IMG/VR virus record: IMGVR_UViG_3300047552_000351
Location: 1-52,196 of that record
Reading direction: 5' to 3' (one strand)
DNA: 52,196 nucleotides
Origin: a virus
Taxonomy: Duplodnaviria; Caudoviricetes
Shown here: piece after piece, positions 1 through 8,995 of the stretch
Layout: every line of letters starts with the position of its first letter
Position numbering within the stretch: the stretch's first letter is position 1
Translations under genes and position numbers: made by a program
The notes under the pieces: model-generated
Told to the model about the DNA's origin: nothing
Seen by the model: the letters and a program-made list of their open reading frames with translations, nothing else
Database searches by the model: none

Positions 1-23
1 CAGTTCGATTCTGTCAGCGCGCA
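1..23 (+). tRNA. 3' fragment of a tRNA (T-arm plus acceptor 3' strand), truncated by the window start
   Basis: CAG-TTCGATT-CTG(TC) T-arm followed by AGCGCGC-A. Isotype cannot be determined. Confidence 0.45.
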
Positions 24-47
24 TCTGGTGACACGGTTCCACCCTTT

Positions 48-146
48 TGGACCCGCACTGATAGCAGTGACCAAAGTGCAAATGGCGTAGCTATCGACGC
101 GCATAAGGTAACAGGTAGCCTGTGAAATTCCGGCACGGGTCCACCA
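48..146 (+). ncRNA. tRNA-like structured RNA candidate
   Basis: Terminal stem TGGACCCG/CGGGTCCA followed by CCA. Internal hairpins: CACTG-ATAG-CAGTG, an interrupted stem at 70-109, and T-arm-like GCCTG-TGAAATT-CCGGC. Confidence 0.45.
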
Positions 147-161
147 CAAACGGGGAAGACA

Positions 162-410
162 ATGACTCTTTTCGATGAATTCAAGAAAAAAGCGAACGAT
201 GCAGTATCAGACGCAGGCGAGATATTGCGAGCTACTGATTATCATCACGAATCTAAACACTTGCGATGGGGCCGTGCCTGCGACACTTCAGTAGACGCGG
301 TAAGGCGAGCAGAGTATGTAGCCCAGGCGGAACGGCTTGTGATACAAGAATGCAAGGAGGAAATTCTGAAGCTGGCTGCGAGACTCGCAATCGAGTCAAT
401 CGGGATTTAA
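162..410 (+). CDS. hypothetical early protein
   Basis: ORF with a GGGGA RBS, co-oriented with the early operon. Confidence 0.65.
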   Translation: MTLFDEFKKKANDAVSDAGEILRATDYHHESKHLRWGRACDTSVDAVRRAEYVAQAERLVIQECKEEILKLAARLAIESIGI

Positions 411-444
411 GCCCCGGACGGGTCTACCAAATAGGAGGAATGAA

Positions 445-636
445 ATGACTTTTGATGAATGGTCTGCAATTAACGGTCTACAGCATTGGAACAGTGCTGC
501 GATCACAATGATGGAAGATGCATGGCGATCAGCCGACCGAGCTGCCCGCGAGGAATGCGCGGCTATCGTTGAGTCAATTGGAGATATTGAACCGGCATCA
601 TACGTTGCAGAAAAAATACGGGAGACGATGAAGTGA
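445..636 (+). CDS. hypothetical early protein (REECAAI family)
   Basis: AGGAGG RBS, coupled to the next gene, paralogous to 633..896. Confidence 0.75.
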   Translation: MTFDEWSAINGLQHWNSAAITMMEDAWRSADRAAREECAAIVESIGDIEPASYVAEKIRETMK

Positions 637-896
637 ACATTGATATTTTTGCCGCTGAACTGAACGCTGCGATCCATCTAAGCTCTGCCGATGAACGGCT
701 AAGTGCCATACAGGCATTGTATGAAAGGACTCGGCGCGAAACAGCCAAGGAATGCGCGGCGATTTGCGATGATCGCGTAATAGAGTGCGAGATAATGATC
801 ACCTCCGAGTCTGACGAAGACGAAATAACCGAACTAAGATCACTTGCTTGGCAGTTTTCAGTATTGGCATCAAGGATACGGGAGACGATTAAATGA
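633..896 (+). CDS. hypothetical early protein (KECAAIC family)
   Basis: GTGA overlap with the previous gene. Shares ECAAI and IRETxK with 445..636. Confidence 0.75.
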   Translation: MNIDIFAAELNAAIHLSSADERLSAIQALYERTRRETAKECAAICDDRVIECEIMITSESDEDEITELRSLAWQFSVLASRIRETIK

Positions 897-1225
897 ACCA
901 GATTGAGCGCGTTGCGCGTGCGATATGCACAGCCTGCGAAGAAAACCCAGATCACACGGGAGACGCTCGCGGTAACGCATTCCGCTGGCAAGACTACGCG
1001 GACGTAGCACAAGCCGCCATCGATGCGGTGGATAGATGGGAGCCGATTGAGAGTGCTCCACATGACACTGACGTGTTGCTGTATTGCCCTTTACGGCACG
1101 AGACGAACCCGGAACGTATAGAGATCGGAAAGGCAACGCGCGGTGAACGTACCAGCATAAAAAGCACCTATTCTTCTCACGCATGGGCAACACACTGTAT
1201 GCCATTGCCGGAGCCGCCAAAATGA
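893..1225 (+). CDS. hypothetical protein with a DUF551-like C-terminus
   Basis: WEPIESAP...ATHCMPLPEPP motif typical of phage DUF551-like proteins. Confidence 0.7.
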   Translation: MNQIERVARAICTACEENPDHTGDARGNAFRWQDYADVAQAAIDAVDRWEPIESAPHDTDVLLYCPLRHETNPERIEIGKATRGERTSIKSTYSSHAWATHCMPLPEPPK

Positions 1226-1434
1226 CAGAACCTAAACCATGCCCGTTCTGCGGGTCTACAAAAGTCGAGATCGTTGACGGTTCATCGTTTCGATGGGTTG
1301 CCGCCGAATGCTCCGAATGCGGCGCTCGTTCCGGGGAGGTCAGAATCCCATCGTATGCCAATGGAACGCCAGATGAACGAATTGCAAAGGCGACACAAGC
1401 CGCAATCGAAGAATGGAATACGAGGACAGTATGA
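1222..1434 (+). CDS. lar: Lar-family restriction alleviation protein (Zn finger)
   Basis: PKPCPFCGS...CSECGA...AIEEWNTR. ATGA overlap places the start at 1222. Confidence 0.75.
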   Translation: MTEPKPCPFCGSTKVEIVDGSSFRWVAAECSECGARSGEVRIPSYANGTPDERIAKATQAAIEEWNTRTV

Positions 1435-1619
1435 TTAGACTTGAGCCAGTTAAAATTGAAGCTTACGACGATGAGTTACAAGAACACGCGTTCACGGTCG
1501 AATGCTTCGACGATTGTGCTGCCATTGTTGCTCTTTTCCGTACATGTCACACGGTCGAATCGTGGGAAGAAATGGCAGCGGCGATTACAGAAGCGCTGAA
1601 ACGGCTGGAGCTGAAATGA
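1431..1619 (+). CDS. hypothetical protein
   Basis: GAGG RBS, ATGA coupling at both ends. Confidence 0.65.
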   Translation: MIRLEPVKIEAYDDELQEHAFTVECFDDCAAIVALFRTCHTVESWEEMAAAITEALKRLELK

Positions 1620-1801
1620 TTGAACCACTGTGGACGATAGACGACGTGCGCCGATTCCTTGCCGTAGAGTCGCAGACTACAGCGTACAAGGTCGCGGCGC
1701 GGCCGGATGCGCCGAAGTCTGTGAGGATCACGCCAGGGGCACGTAGGTGGGTGCCTGACCATTGGCGAGAGTGGGCCATAAGGCGTGCGCGTAGCGAGTG
1801 A
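1616..1801 (+). CDS. xis: excisionase / AlpA-like DNA-binding protein
   Basis: 61 aa basic winged-HTH-like sequence (LWTIDDVRRFL...PKSVRITPGARRW) immediately before attP and int. Confidence 0.7.
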   Translation: MIEPLWTIDDVRRFLAVESQTTAYKVAARPDAPKSVRITPGARRWVPDHWREWAIRRARSE

Positions 1802-1802
1802 G

Positions 1803-2017
1803 TTACGCCAAAACCGCGCCACTATGCCGCCAATGGCGCGCAACCATTGGGTAGTCTGGTGCCTCGGGCCGGACACGGCACGATTTTGCACGATCCTACA
1901 CCAAGCTCCACAGTTGACCAAACGCCAGCAAAATGACGACACTACGCCCCGGCGAATTTACGCCAGACACCAAGCGGGGACAAAGTGGCGCACGAAAGTG
2001 CCGCCACGATTACGCCA
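1803..2017. repeat. putative integrase arm-type sites
   Basis: TTACGCCA direct repeats at 1803, 1958 and 2010 on both sides of the core, plus degenerate copies. Confidence 0.6.
1857..1873 (-). other. attP core, matching the 3' end of a tRNA-Leu
   Basis: Minus strand reads TCCGGCCCGAGGCACCA, resembling the leuX-type end TCCGGCCTTCGGCACCA. Located between xis and int. Confidence 0.75.
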
Positions 2018-2018
2018 G

Positions 2019-2999
2019 ATGGCAACCATCTACAAGCGCGGCAAGCGATGGCGTGCTGAAGTGCGCCGGCTTGGTGTGTACCGCAGCAAATCATTCCCGC
2101 GGCGCCTGGACGCGCAAGCATGGGCGGCAGAACTTGAACGCGAAATCGAGATCGGCAACGGACAAGTCCGAGACCGGCGCACCCTCCGAGATGTCTGCGA
2201 GCAATACGCCCGCATTGTCTCGCCAGCAAAACGCGGGTGCCGCTGGGAACAAATCCGACTTGCGGCGATCTGCAGCGATCCTCTGGCGGATCTCGATGTT
2301 GGCGCACTTGGCCCGCGAGAGCTTGCTGGATGGCGCGACAGACGATTACATGCAGTATCGGCGGGAGCTGTGCTACGCGACATCACGCTACTGTCGGCTG
2401 TTTTCGAATACGCAAGGCGAGAACTTAGGTTAGTCGATGCGAACCCAATTCGCGACATGCGGAAGCCCCCGGCGCCTAAACCACGCACCAGACTCCCGAT
2501 AGATGACGAGGTGGATCGTATATGCTTGGCGCTTGCATATGACCCGGATGGTCCGGTCGTCACCAGACAAGCGCAAACTGCTGTTGCGTTTCTCCTGGCT
2601 ATCCAAACCGCAATGCGTGCGGGGGAGATTTGTGGTCTCACCTGGGATAGAGTCGATGAGGCGCGGCGCGTTGCTATACTCGAAACGACGAAAAACGGGC
2701 ACGCTCGGGAGGTGCCTTTGTCGGCAGAAGCGATACGCCTGCTAGGCCAGTTACGCGGCATTGATCCTGTGCGCTGTTTCACGCTGACCAGCGGCACACG
2801 CGACACGCTGTTCCGTCGCGCCCGCGATGCGTGCGGAATTGTCGGCTTGACCTTCCACGACTCCAGGGCTCTTGCGCTCACAAGGCTTTCGAAGATCCTC
2901 GACCCGTACCAGCTCGCCAGGGTTGCGGGGCACCGTAGCCTTGACCAGATTATGACGTACTACCGGGAGAGCGCGGAGGATATAGCGAAGAAACTTTAA
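2019..2999 (+). CDS. int: tyrosine integrase
   Basis: Catalytic motifs TAMRAGEI (R), TKNG (K), FHDSR (HxxR), GH...YY. Likely start MATIYKRG at 2019. Confidence 0.95.
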   Translation: MATIYKRGKRWRAEVRRLGVYRSKSFPRRLDAQAWAAELEREIEIGNGQVRDRRTLRDVCEQYARIVSPAKRGCRWEQIRLAAICSDPLADLDVGALGPRELAGWRDRRLHAVSAGAVLRDITLLSAVFEYARRELRLVDANPIRDMRKPPAPKPRTRLPIDDEVDRICLALAYDPDGPVVTRQAQTAVAFLLAIQTAMRAGEICGLTWDRVDEARRVAILETTKNGHAREVPLSAEAIRLLGQLRGIDPVRCFTLTSGTRDTLFRRARDACGIVGLTFHDSRALALTRLSKILDPYQLARVAGHRSLDQIMTYYRESAEDIAKKL

Positions 3000-3709
3000 G
3001 GTGCGAACACCCCAGACGGTCTATAAGACACCGAGTCAAACGCCACAAGAACATGGCGCACAAAGTCGCTGCGCACGATATCATCGTTAGTATATTCAAC
3101 ATGGCATACCCCTGGAATGCAGCGAGTCAAGTGGATTGCTTCGCGCAGTCCGCTGTCACGAGTCATAGACTGTTGCGTGTCTCCGGCTAGAAATATCTTA
3201 GTGTCTTGTCCAATTCTAGTTAATAGCATCTTCAGCTCTTGAAGCGTAGCGTTTTCGAACTCGTCAGCGAGAACGATTGAGTTATCAAAACTCATGCCTT
3301 GCATATACTGCAGTGGCACAGCTTGGATTCGTTCTGACTTTAGTAGGTATTCGTAATACGTTTTTCCGAGCGAGAAATAAAACCCCTTAAGGAATGGCCA
3401 CAACCATGGGGCGAACTTTTCAGACATATCTCCTTTTAGAAATCCTAATTTACTTGCTCCAGCCTCAACGGTTGGTCGCGTCACTACAAGTGTCTCTATT
3501 TCACGATCTCGCAGCTTTGCGGCTGCATACGCCGCCATGAGAAACGATTTTCCAGTCCCAGCCGGTCCTGTAGCAAACACGCATGTTTGCGATTTAAGCG
3601 CTGCTAAATGCGATCCTTGCGCCTTGTTTAGTGGCTTGAGTATTTTTCCGCATGGAACTGCGTGTTCAGTTTCTTTTTCATCATCATGAACTGCGCGGCG
3701 CTTTGCCAT
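2996..3709 (-). CDS. phoH: PhoH-like ATPase
   Basis: GPAGTGKS Walker A; VTRP, LGFLKG, ADEFEN, LTRIG, GDTQQ and DIVRS motifs. Confidence 0.92.
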   Translation of the reverse strand: MAKRRAVHDDEKETEHAVPCGKILKPLNKAQGSHLAALKSQTCVFATGPAGTGKSFLMAAYAAAKLRDREIETLVVTRPTVEAGASKLGFLKGDMSEKFAPWLWPFLKGFYFSLGKTYYEYLLKSERIQAVPLQYMQGMSFDNSIVLADEFENATLQELKMLLTRIGQDTKIFLAGDTQQSMTRDSGLREAIHLTRCIPGVCHVEYTNDDIVRSDFVRHVLVAFDSVSYRPSGVFAP

Positions 3710-3710
3710 G

Positions 3711-4079
3711 TCACCATCCAGATTGTAAGTTGATAAGCTGCGGGTTTTCTGATTCGTTGATCTCGTCTTTTAGCTCAAAACTCCTACCATAAATAGCCTG
3801 TTGGTGCGCGAGCATGGAAGCTGCAAGACCGCTAATCGATGATTGGCTATGTGAGACGCTTACGTTATCTGCAGTGCGCCATGTAATTGTTTCTGGTGAG
3901 ATTCCAGCGGCAATCGCAGACACTACTGCGGTTATGTTAGCAACGCTAACGTCGTCTGTGTCGTACGTATGCCCGTCGTATTCTACCCCGCTTTTAAGCT
4001 TGTCTCTGCGTATGTCATTAACGAGAGAGCATAGCAACGGTCGAAGCTTATCAATTGGTACTGACGCCCTATACTGCAT
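3711..4079 (-). CDS. DUF4376-like tail-associated protein
   Basis: GVEYDGHTYDTD...ITWRTADN pattern, at the end of the tail module. Confidence 0.7.
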   Translation of the reverse strand: MQYRASVPIDKLRPLLCSLVNDIRRDKLKSGVEYDGHTYDTDDVSVANITAVVSAIAAGISPETITWRTADNVSVSHSQSSISGLAASMLAHQQAIYGRSFELKDEINESENPQLINLQSGW

Positions 4080-4470
4080 GTATTACGGCCTCATAGTCAA
4101 CGAATGGAAAACTAATTACTTTTACGTAGTAAGTACCAGGAACAGATGCGAAAAACTCTAGTTGTCCGTCGAATACTGCGACAGTTTCTTCTCCGATGGT
4201 TTCATTATACACAGTAACTATGCTAGGGACTGGCATGTCTGAAAACGTAGCAGCATCAGAGCCAGATGATAATATAGTCGTTTTGTCTAGCGTAGTTTCT
4301 TGTAGTGGGCGTTCTTTTGGTTCGTCGTTATCGAAGTACCACGACCTACTGTTATACTCAGTATCGCATATTCCCATTTGCGGCCTTGTATTTAGCGAAA
4401 CGAAATCATCGTCCGAATTTGCGATGTACTTTAGTATCTCCCCGCTTGCTTTATCGTAAACAGTTTTCAT
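4069..4470 (-). CDS. putative tail fibre-associated protein
   Basis: VYDKASGEI N-terminus, coupled to the tail tip gene. Confidence 0.6.
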   Translation of the reverse strand: MKTVYDKASGEILKYIANSDDDFVSLNTRPQMGICDTEYNSRSWYFDNDEPKERPLQETTLDKTTILSSGSDAATFSDMPVPSIVTVYNETIGEETVAVFDGQLEFFASVPGTYYVKVISFPFVDYEAVIHAV

Positions 4471-5894
4471 CGCTTCAATTCGAACACTGCGATAGAGTAA
4501 TCAACTGATTTTGTTGTTTGTGGATATGAGTAATGTCCGCAGTATAACTGATACGTGACTGCTCCACCACCTGGAGACGGGTCATAAAACGCAGTCGTCA
4601 TTCCCGGCTTGATGCTGAAGCCAGATGGAGGCGTGTAAGTATTATTTGATTGCGCCTGGCCAACTCCACCTTTCGCTAAAGTTATACCAAACCACTGAGG
4701 AAGCAATACACCGCTCCCAGAATCTACCCAATACGAAAAAAAATCATTAAATGCCACTGTGCCAATAACAAAGATAGGGCCTCTGTATGAACTTGCTGGA
4801 ACTGTTATTGTTCCTATTTGCGTCTGTGTTCCACTAGTGTTCGCAACGTTAACGGTTGCCTTCACAGCGTTTGAGTAAGTAACAGAGTTTGCAATGATTG
4901 GCCCTGTCGAAATCGTGTCATTTCCAAACCGTAGAGCTGATATTGTTCCGGCCTGAAGGTTTGAAGCGTCTAGGTTCCCCCTAACAGTGACGTTTCGAAA
5001 CTCCGCTGACCCGGCGCCATCAATTGACCACCCAGACGACCCTGCTACGTAGTTTGAAGACTTAATAATCGACCCACTACCACCCAATATGATTGTTTCG
5101 CCGGTAATTGTGCCGCTCTTAAGCTTTTCGACCACAAGCGTTGCGTCTTCAACCTGCGATCCGTCGATGGCAGAATCAACACCAGAGTATTCGCTCGGAT
5201 CTGTGCCAGATCCGATCTGAGCTTCCAGCATGTTCGAGTCGACAAGAACATCAGCGCCAGACGCGGCAAGCTTTATGCCTAGTGTTCCGGTTGCGCTTGA
5301 GTCTCCGCGCAGATCAAACACGCCAGATACGCGCGTAAATTGCCCGGCTACGCCACTTGTTGCGACAGGAACTAGGTATGTATTGGTTGCAGTGTAGAGT
5401 TGCAGATAGCACGTTCTGACGACTGACGTTGGAGTCGCCAGGTAGGCTGACACTATCCACCTACTGTTTGGAGTCAGCTTGACGTTCTTGTCTGTTGTCT
5501 TGCTTGCCGAGTACCACACTTCGGCGTTAGATGTTGCTGCGATGATGCGAAGGCAGGATGCACCATGGAAACCGCTTGGATATTGCGCCACGGTCGCAGA
5601 GACCGTAGACAGTGGCGGCAACCCATCTTCTTCGAAGGATTGATATCGCGCTGGAGCGATGTTGACACCTGACCCAGACAAGCCGGGAGGGCCAACATCA
5701 TCTGGATAAGACGTGGTAGGCTGCAGACTCGGATGCCACGTAGATGTCTGACCATAGGTATCGAGTTCGCGCCACCAATTGACGCGATTCGTAACCGTGT
5801 CAGTCGGCTGTGCTGTAATTGCCGTATATCCGGCGCCTGGATTGCTTGCAAACTCGCACAGGAATCCTGTCGAATTTTGTCGGTACAATGCCAT
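4467..5894 (-). CDS. tail tip/fibre protein with a carbohydrate-binding-like domain
   Basis: IKSSNYVAGSSGWSIDGAGSAEFRNVTVRG resembles the C-terminal region of lambda J-like proteins. Beta-rich; fits position. Confidence 0.7.
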   Translation of the reverse strand: MALYRQNSTGFLCEFASNPGAGYTAITAQPTDTVTNRVNWWRELDTYGQTSTWHPSLQPTTSYPDDVGPPGLSGSGVNIAPARYQSFEEDGLPPLSTVSATVAQYPSGFHGASCLRIIAATSNAEVWYSASKTTDKNVKLTPNSRWIVSAYLATPTSVVRTCYLQLYTATNTYLVPVATSGVAGQFTRVSGVFDLRGDSSATGTLGIKLAASGADVLVDSNMLEAQIGSGTDPSEYSGVDSAIDGSQVEDATLVVEKLKSGTITGETIILGGSGSIIKSSNYVAGSSGWSIDGAGSAEFRNVTVRGNLDASNLQAGTISALRFGNDTISTGPIIANSVTYSNAVKATVNVANTSGTQTQIGTITVPASSYRGPIFVIGTVAFNDFFSYWVDSGSGVLLPQWFGITLAKGGVGQAQSNNTYTPPSGFSIKPGMTTAFYDPSPGGGAVTYQLYCGHYSYPQTTKSVDYSIAVFELKR

Positions 5895-6646
5895 TACAAA
5901 AGCTCCGTAAACACGAGCGATACGCCGTTTACGTTTAGGTATGGATTGCTCAATTGGTCAAGCTGTTTAAACCGCGCTAGGTATTGACGGAACGCGCGGT
6001 AGTTGGTGTCTGCATCGTCGTAAATCAAATACACTTCTTGGCTTATATCGTGCGATCTTAACATTGGAAGAAGCGTCAGCAACGACTCGTTATCTGACAG
6101 CCACGAAAACTTAAGGGTAGTTACTCGCCTGTTTGGCAACTCTTCTACGTATTCAGGTCCACCAAGAGCGCGCGCAATTGTAGAACTTGATTCTATCTGG
6201 TATTGAGTCCCCCAATCCGCGTGCGTCGTAAACTGGATTCTGCGGCCAATAAACACTCGCCCGATTTCAACATATGAAAGCGTTGCGTCGGTAACAGTGA
6301 TTCGCCAGTATCGGTACGTTTGATCGCTGAATGATTTCGCAATGTCCGCCGAACCATACGATGCGATACTTCCAGACGAATAGCCAATGCTCGTGTAGTT
6401 AGAAACTGCGGACCCTTCAATCAGCATCGTAGCTGATGTAGATACATTTGTAGCAATAACAGCTACACACCCAATTGACATTGGCGATCCAAGGTCAATC
6501 TGAATCGTCGCGGTTGTTGTCGTGCTTCGCGATTTTTCAAAAAGATATTTTGATTTTATATTAGCCAGAGGATACGATGCATTCCAAGACCCTCCGCTAA
6601 GAGTGACATTATCAATTTGATTATATGCGCCAATTGCTAGAGTCAT
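5894..6646 (-). CDS. minor tail protein (discoidin-like N-terminus)
   Basis: IQIDLG and YRYWRITV...YVEIGRVFIG; tail module position. Confidence 0.7.
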   Translation of the reverse strand: MTLAIGAYNQIDNVTLSGGSWNASYPLANIKSKYLFEKSRSTTTTATIQIDLGSPMSIGCVAVIATNVSTSATMLIEGSAVSNYTSIGYSSGSIASYGSADIAKSFSDQTYRYWRITVTDATLSYVEIGRVFIGRRIQFTTHADWGTQYQIESSSTIARALGGPEYVEELPNRRVTTLKFSWLSDNESLLTLLPMLRSHDISQEVYLIYDDADTNYRAFRQYLARFKQLDQLSNPYLNVNGVSLVFTELL

Positions 6647-6650
6647 TGGA

Positions 6651-8993
6651 TCACCCGAATAATATAAGATCCATTATACCGCGCTGATAGTCGATATAAA
6701 TGCCAGTTACAACGAAGTATTTTTGATTGTAGTTTAGACGTGTGCTTGTAATCTCAACGATTGATCCGATATCGACTTGGCCAGCATATTTAATTGCTCC
6801 ACCTATTGAAACAGACACGATGTCCCGACGTACTCCGAAAACCGAAACCCGACGCGCCGATTCTGCGTACGCTTGAGATATCGAAGCAAACAATGATTGA
6901 TCGTTGGTTTTTTCCTCAGCCAATAGCCGAGTCGTCTTGATAGCTGAACTAGCGTATGTCTGCGCCCTCGAAGCCTCCGAAAACCACGCAGCCTTATCAT
7001 CTGTCACAACTCCTGCTAGTGTTTTTTTGTCTTGTACCGCGTAATTGATATCCGCAGCCGTTGTAATTTGCCAGATTGGGTACTCCGCATCTGGTCTCTT
7101 TTCAATGTTAATGATATGGTTATCGTTGAATACGGCTGACGGCGTAGCTGGAGGATCGTCTATCCGTGCGATTCTGAATCTATTAAGATTATCGAAACCC
7201 CACCACGCGCCGACAGTTGAGCAAATTCTATCGATAACGCTTGCAATAGTTTCCTCTTGGCTGACTATAACACCAAGCGGCGCAGCGCACTTTTGATCTA
7301 ACGTCGTGAAGTCGGACTCTACCCAATCAACGTTGGCGGCATACCCTTGCTCAGTTAGGATTCGCTTGATAATGCCTGATGCGCTGCAATCAGTATGGTC
7401 CCAATCCTCAGCAACGCACGCGCTGACCGTGCCGTACGGACTGCTGCCAAGTCTGAAAAATGTACCTTCCGATCCAGAGTAGCACTTAAAGTACCCAGCA
7501 CCAGGACCCTGGCCAGCGGCTTGTAAATTGGTCGCGTTGGTATAATCTGGCGTCGATCTGAAGTATTGCGCACCAGCATCGAACACGTTAAGTACCGCGC
7601 CCGTAATTGGCTTGTCTGACACTTGGTAGATTAGGTGTGACGTGTTGACAAGTACCGGAGACATCAGCGATATTCGCCCATAAATTCTCGGCTTTGACTG
7701 CCCTTTGATATCGTCTGGCGTTCCTTCGATCCCTAATGGAAGCGCATTAGTGCCTGCATATTTTGCAGTCGAAAGCGACTTGTCGAGCGTGTTGGCGCGG
7801 TCTTTTAGTCGCACAGAGACCCGTTGCCGTTCGAACGACACGGAGTCAATGGTAGCTTTTAGGACTGTCGTAAAAAGTCCATATGAGTCTGTTCTGTCGC
7901 CATACTTAAGCGTAAGCGTGCGACCGTCGTAATAATCATCGGCAAGGTACGCAAGCGCACCGTCAGTGTTTATAAGCGTCAACTCGCCTAGCGATACCTG
8001 CTGACGACCTCCAACAACTACGCCCCCGGCATCGCGTCGGAATGTGGCAGGATTCTCGATCCTGGGCGCGTAAAACGTCCCGCTGTTGTCGTACCCTCGC
8101 CCGCTAGAAAACCGATGCGTCACAACACTAGACGTGCCCGGATCGTAGGCTTCGATTTCAGCCAGGAATATGTAGCGCGCAAGTTCTGTTCCAGGTGTCA
8201 CTGGTATCGTGACCGTTCCCGATGCTGTAGCAACTGCTGATGCTGCTCCGGCAAGCTGTACTGATGTCGTAAGCGCTCCGGTCGCAGTCGCAACTGCAGA
8301 TGCTGACCCAGCTACGAAAATTGGCTGCGAAATAACAGTACCGCTTGCGGCCGCAACTCCGGACGCTGCGCCAGCCATAGTTATTGACGTTGTAAGAGAT
8401 GCTGATGCGGTAGTCACTGCGGTTGCGTTTGACGCTGCCGTAATCGATGTGGTCAGCCCGCCAGTAGCAGTGGCAACGGCAGATGGTGATGCATTAAGGA
8501 CAATCAGAGGAGTGTAGTAGACGGTAACGCTGACCGCATCTACCTGTGCGTATCCCCCTGCCGACAAGTTGGCCGAAAACAGAACTCCGAAATCGTTAGA
8601 ATTGACTTGTGCGCCTGTTATTTCTTGGCCCCATGTGTCTGACGATCCGCCATATGTCTTTACGGTATCGGTCGTCGGCCAGTTAGTACCCGTGTCGGCC
8701 TTATCGTCTTCCGACAACGAGCCAGGGCTTCCGAGCTTGATCCTGACGGATGAATCAACGATAGTTCCGGATACACGATTTCGCTCTACGTTGACCTCCA
8801 CGCCGTCAACACGCACGTCAGTTGGCAGACTAAATCCGTACGTGTCTGTTAGACAGTAATTAGTGTCTCCAGACGTTACGCAGTAGGTACGTTGGTCGTT
8901 TGAAGTTAGAACATTAGAAACTAACTGCCACGCATTTGCACCATACTGCGTGTCATTCGCAGCGGCAGACGGCGAGTTAGTGACTGATGCCAT
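6651..8993 (-). CDS. tail tip/baseplate hub-like protein with N-terminal Ala/Thr/Ser repeats
   Basis: GELTLINTDG, KYAGTN...EGTPDDIKGQSKPRIYG, SVGAW-like motifs; downstream of the tape measure. Confidence 0.75.
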   Translation of the reverse strand: MASVTNSPSAAANDTQYGANAWQLVSNVLTSNDQRTYCVTSGDTNYCLTDTYGFSLPTDVRVDGVEVNVERNRVSGTIVDSSVRIKLGSPGSLSEDDKADTGTNWPTTDTVKTYGGSSDTWGQEITGAQVNSNDFGVLFSANLSAGGYAQVDAVSVTVYYTPLIVLNASPSAVATATGGLTTSITAASNATAVTTASASLTTSITMAGAASGVAAASGTVISQPIFVAGSASAVATATGALTTSVQLAGAASAVATASGTVTIPVTPGTELARYIFLAEIEAYDPGTSSVVTHRFSSGRGYDNSGTFYAPRIENPATFRRDAGGVVVGGRQQVSLGELTLINTDGALAYLADDYYDGRTLTLKYGDRTDSYGLFTTVLKATIDSVSFERQRVSVRLKDRANTLDKSLSTAKYAGTNALPLGIEGTPDDIKGQSKPRIYGRISLMSPVLVNTSHLIYQVSDKPITGAVLNVFDAGAQYFRSTPDYTNATNLQAAGQGPGAGYFKCYSGSEGTFFRLGSSPYGTVSACVAEDWDHTDCSASGIIKRILTEQGYAANVDWVESDFTTLDQKCAAPLGVIVSQEETIASVIDRICSTVGAWWGFDNLNRFRIARIDDPPATPSAVFNDNHIINIEKRPDAEYPIWQITTAADINYAVQDKKTLAGVVTDDKAAWFSEASRAQTYASSAIKTTRLLAEEKTNDQSLFASISQAYAESARRVSVFGVRRDIVSVSIGGAIKYAGQVDIGSIVEITSTRLNYNQKYFVVTGIYIDYQRGIMDLILFG

Positions 8994-8995
8994 TA

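Noticed and set aside
85-100. Amber suppressor anticodon (CTA) and stop-codon recoding
   Set aside because: The loop is 8 nt and lacks U33; TAG is used as a normal stop and genes are intact in code 11.
1785-2018. N-terminal extension of the integrase in the ORF track
   Set aside because: It spans attP and arm repeats; the typical integrase N-terminus starts at 2019.
2019-2999. Shufflon/invertase role for the recombinase
   Set aside because: Adjacent xis and tRNA-derived attP fit ordinary integration; no repeated inversion sites were seen by eye.
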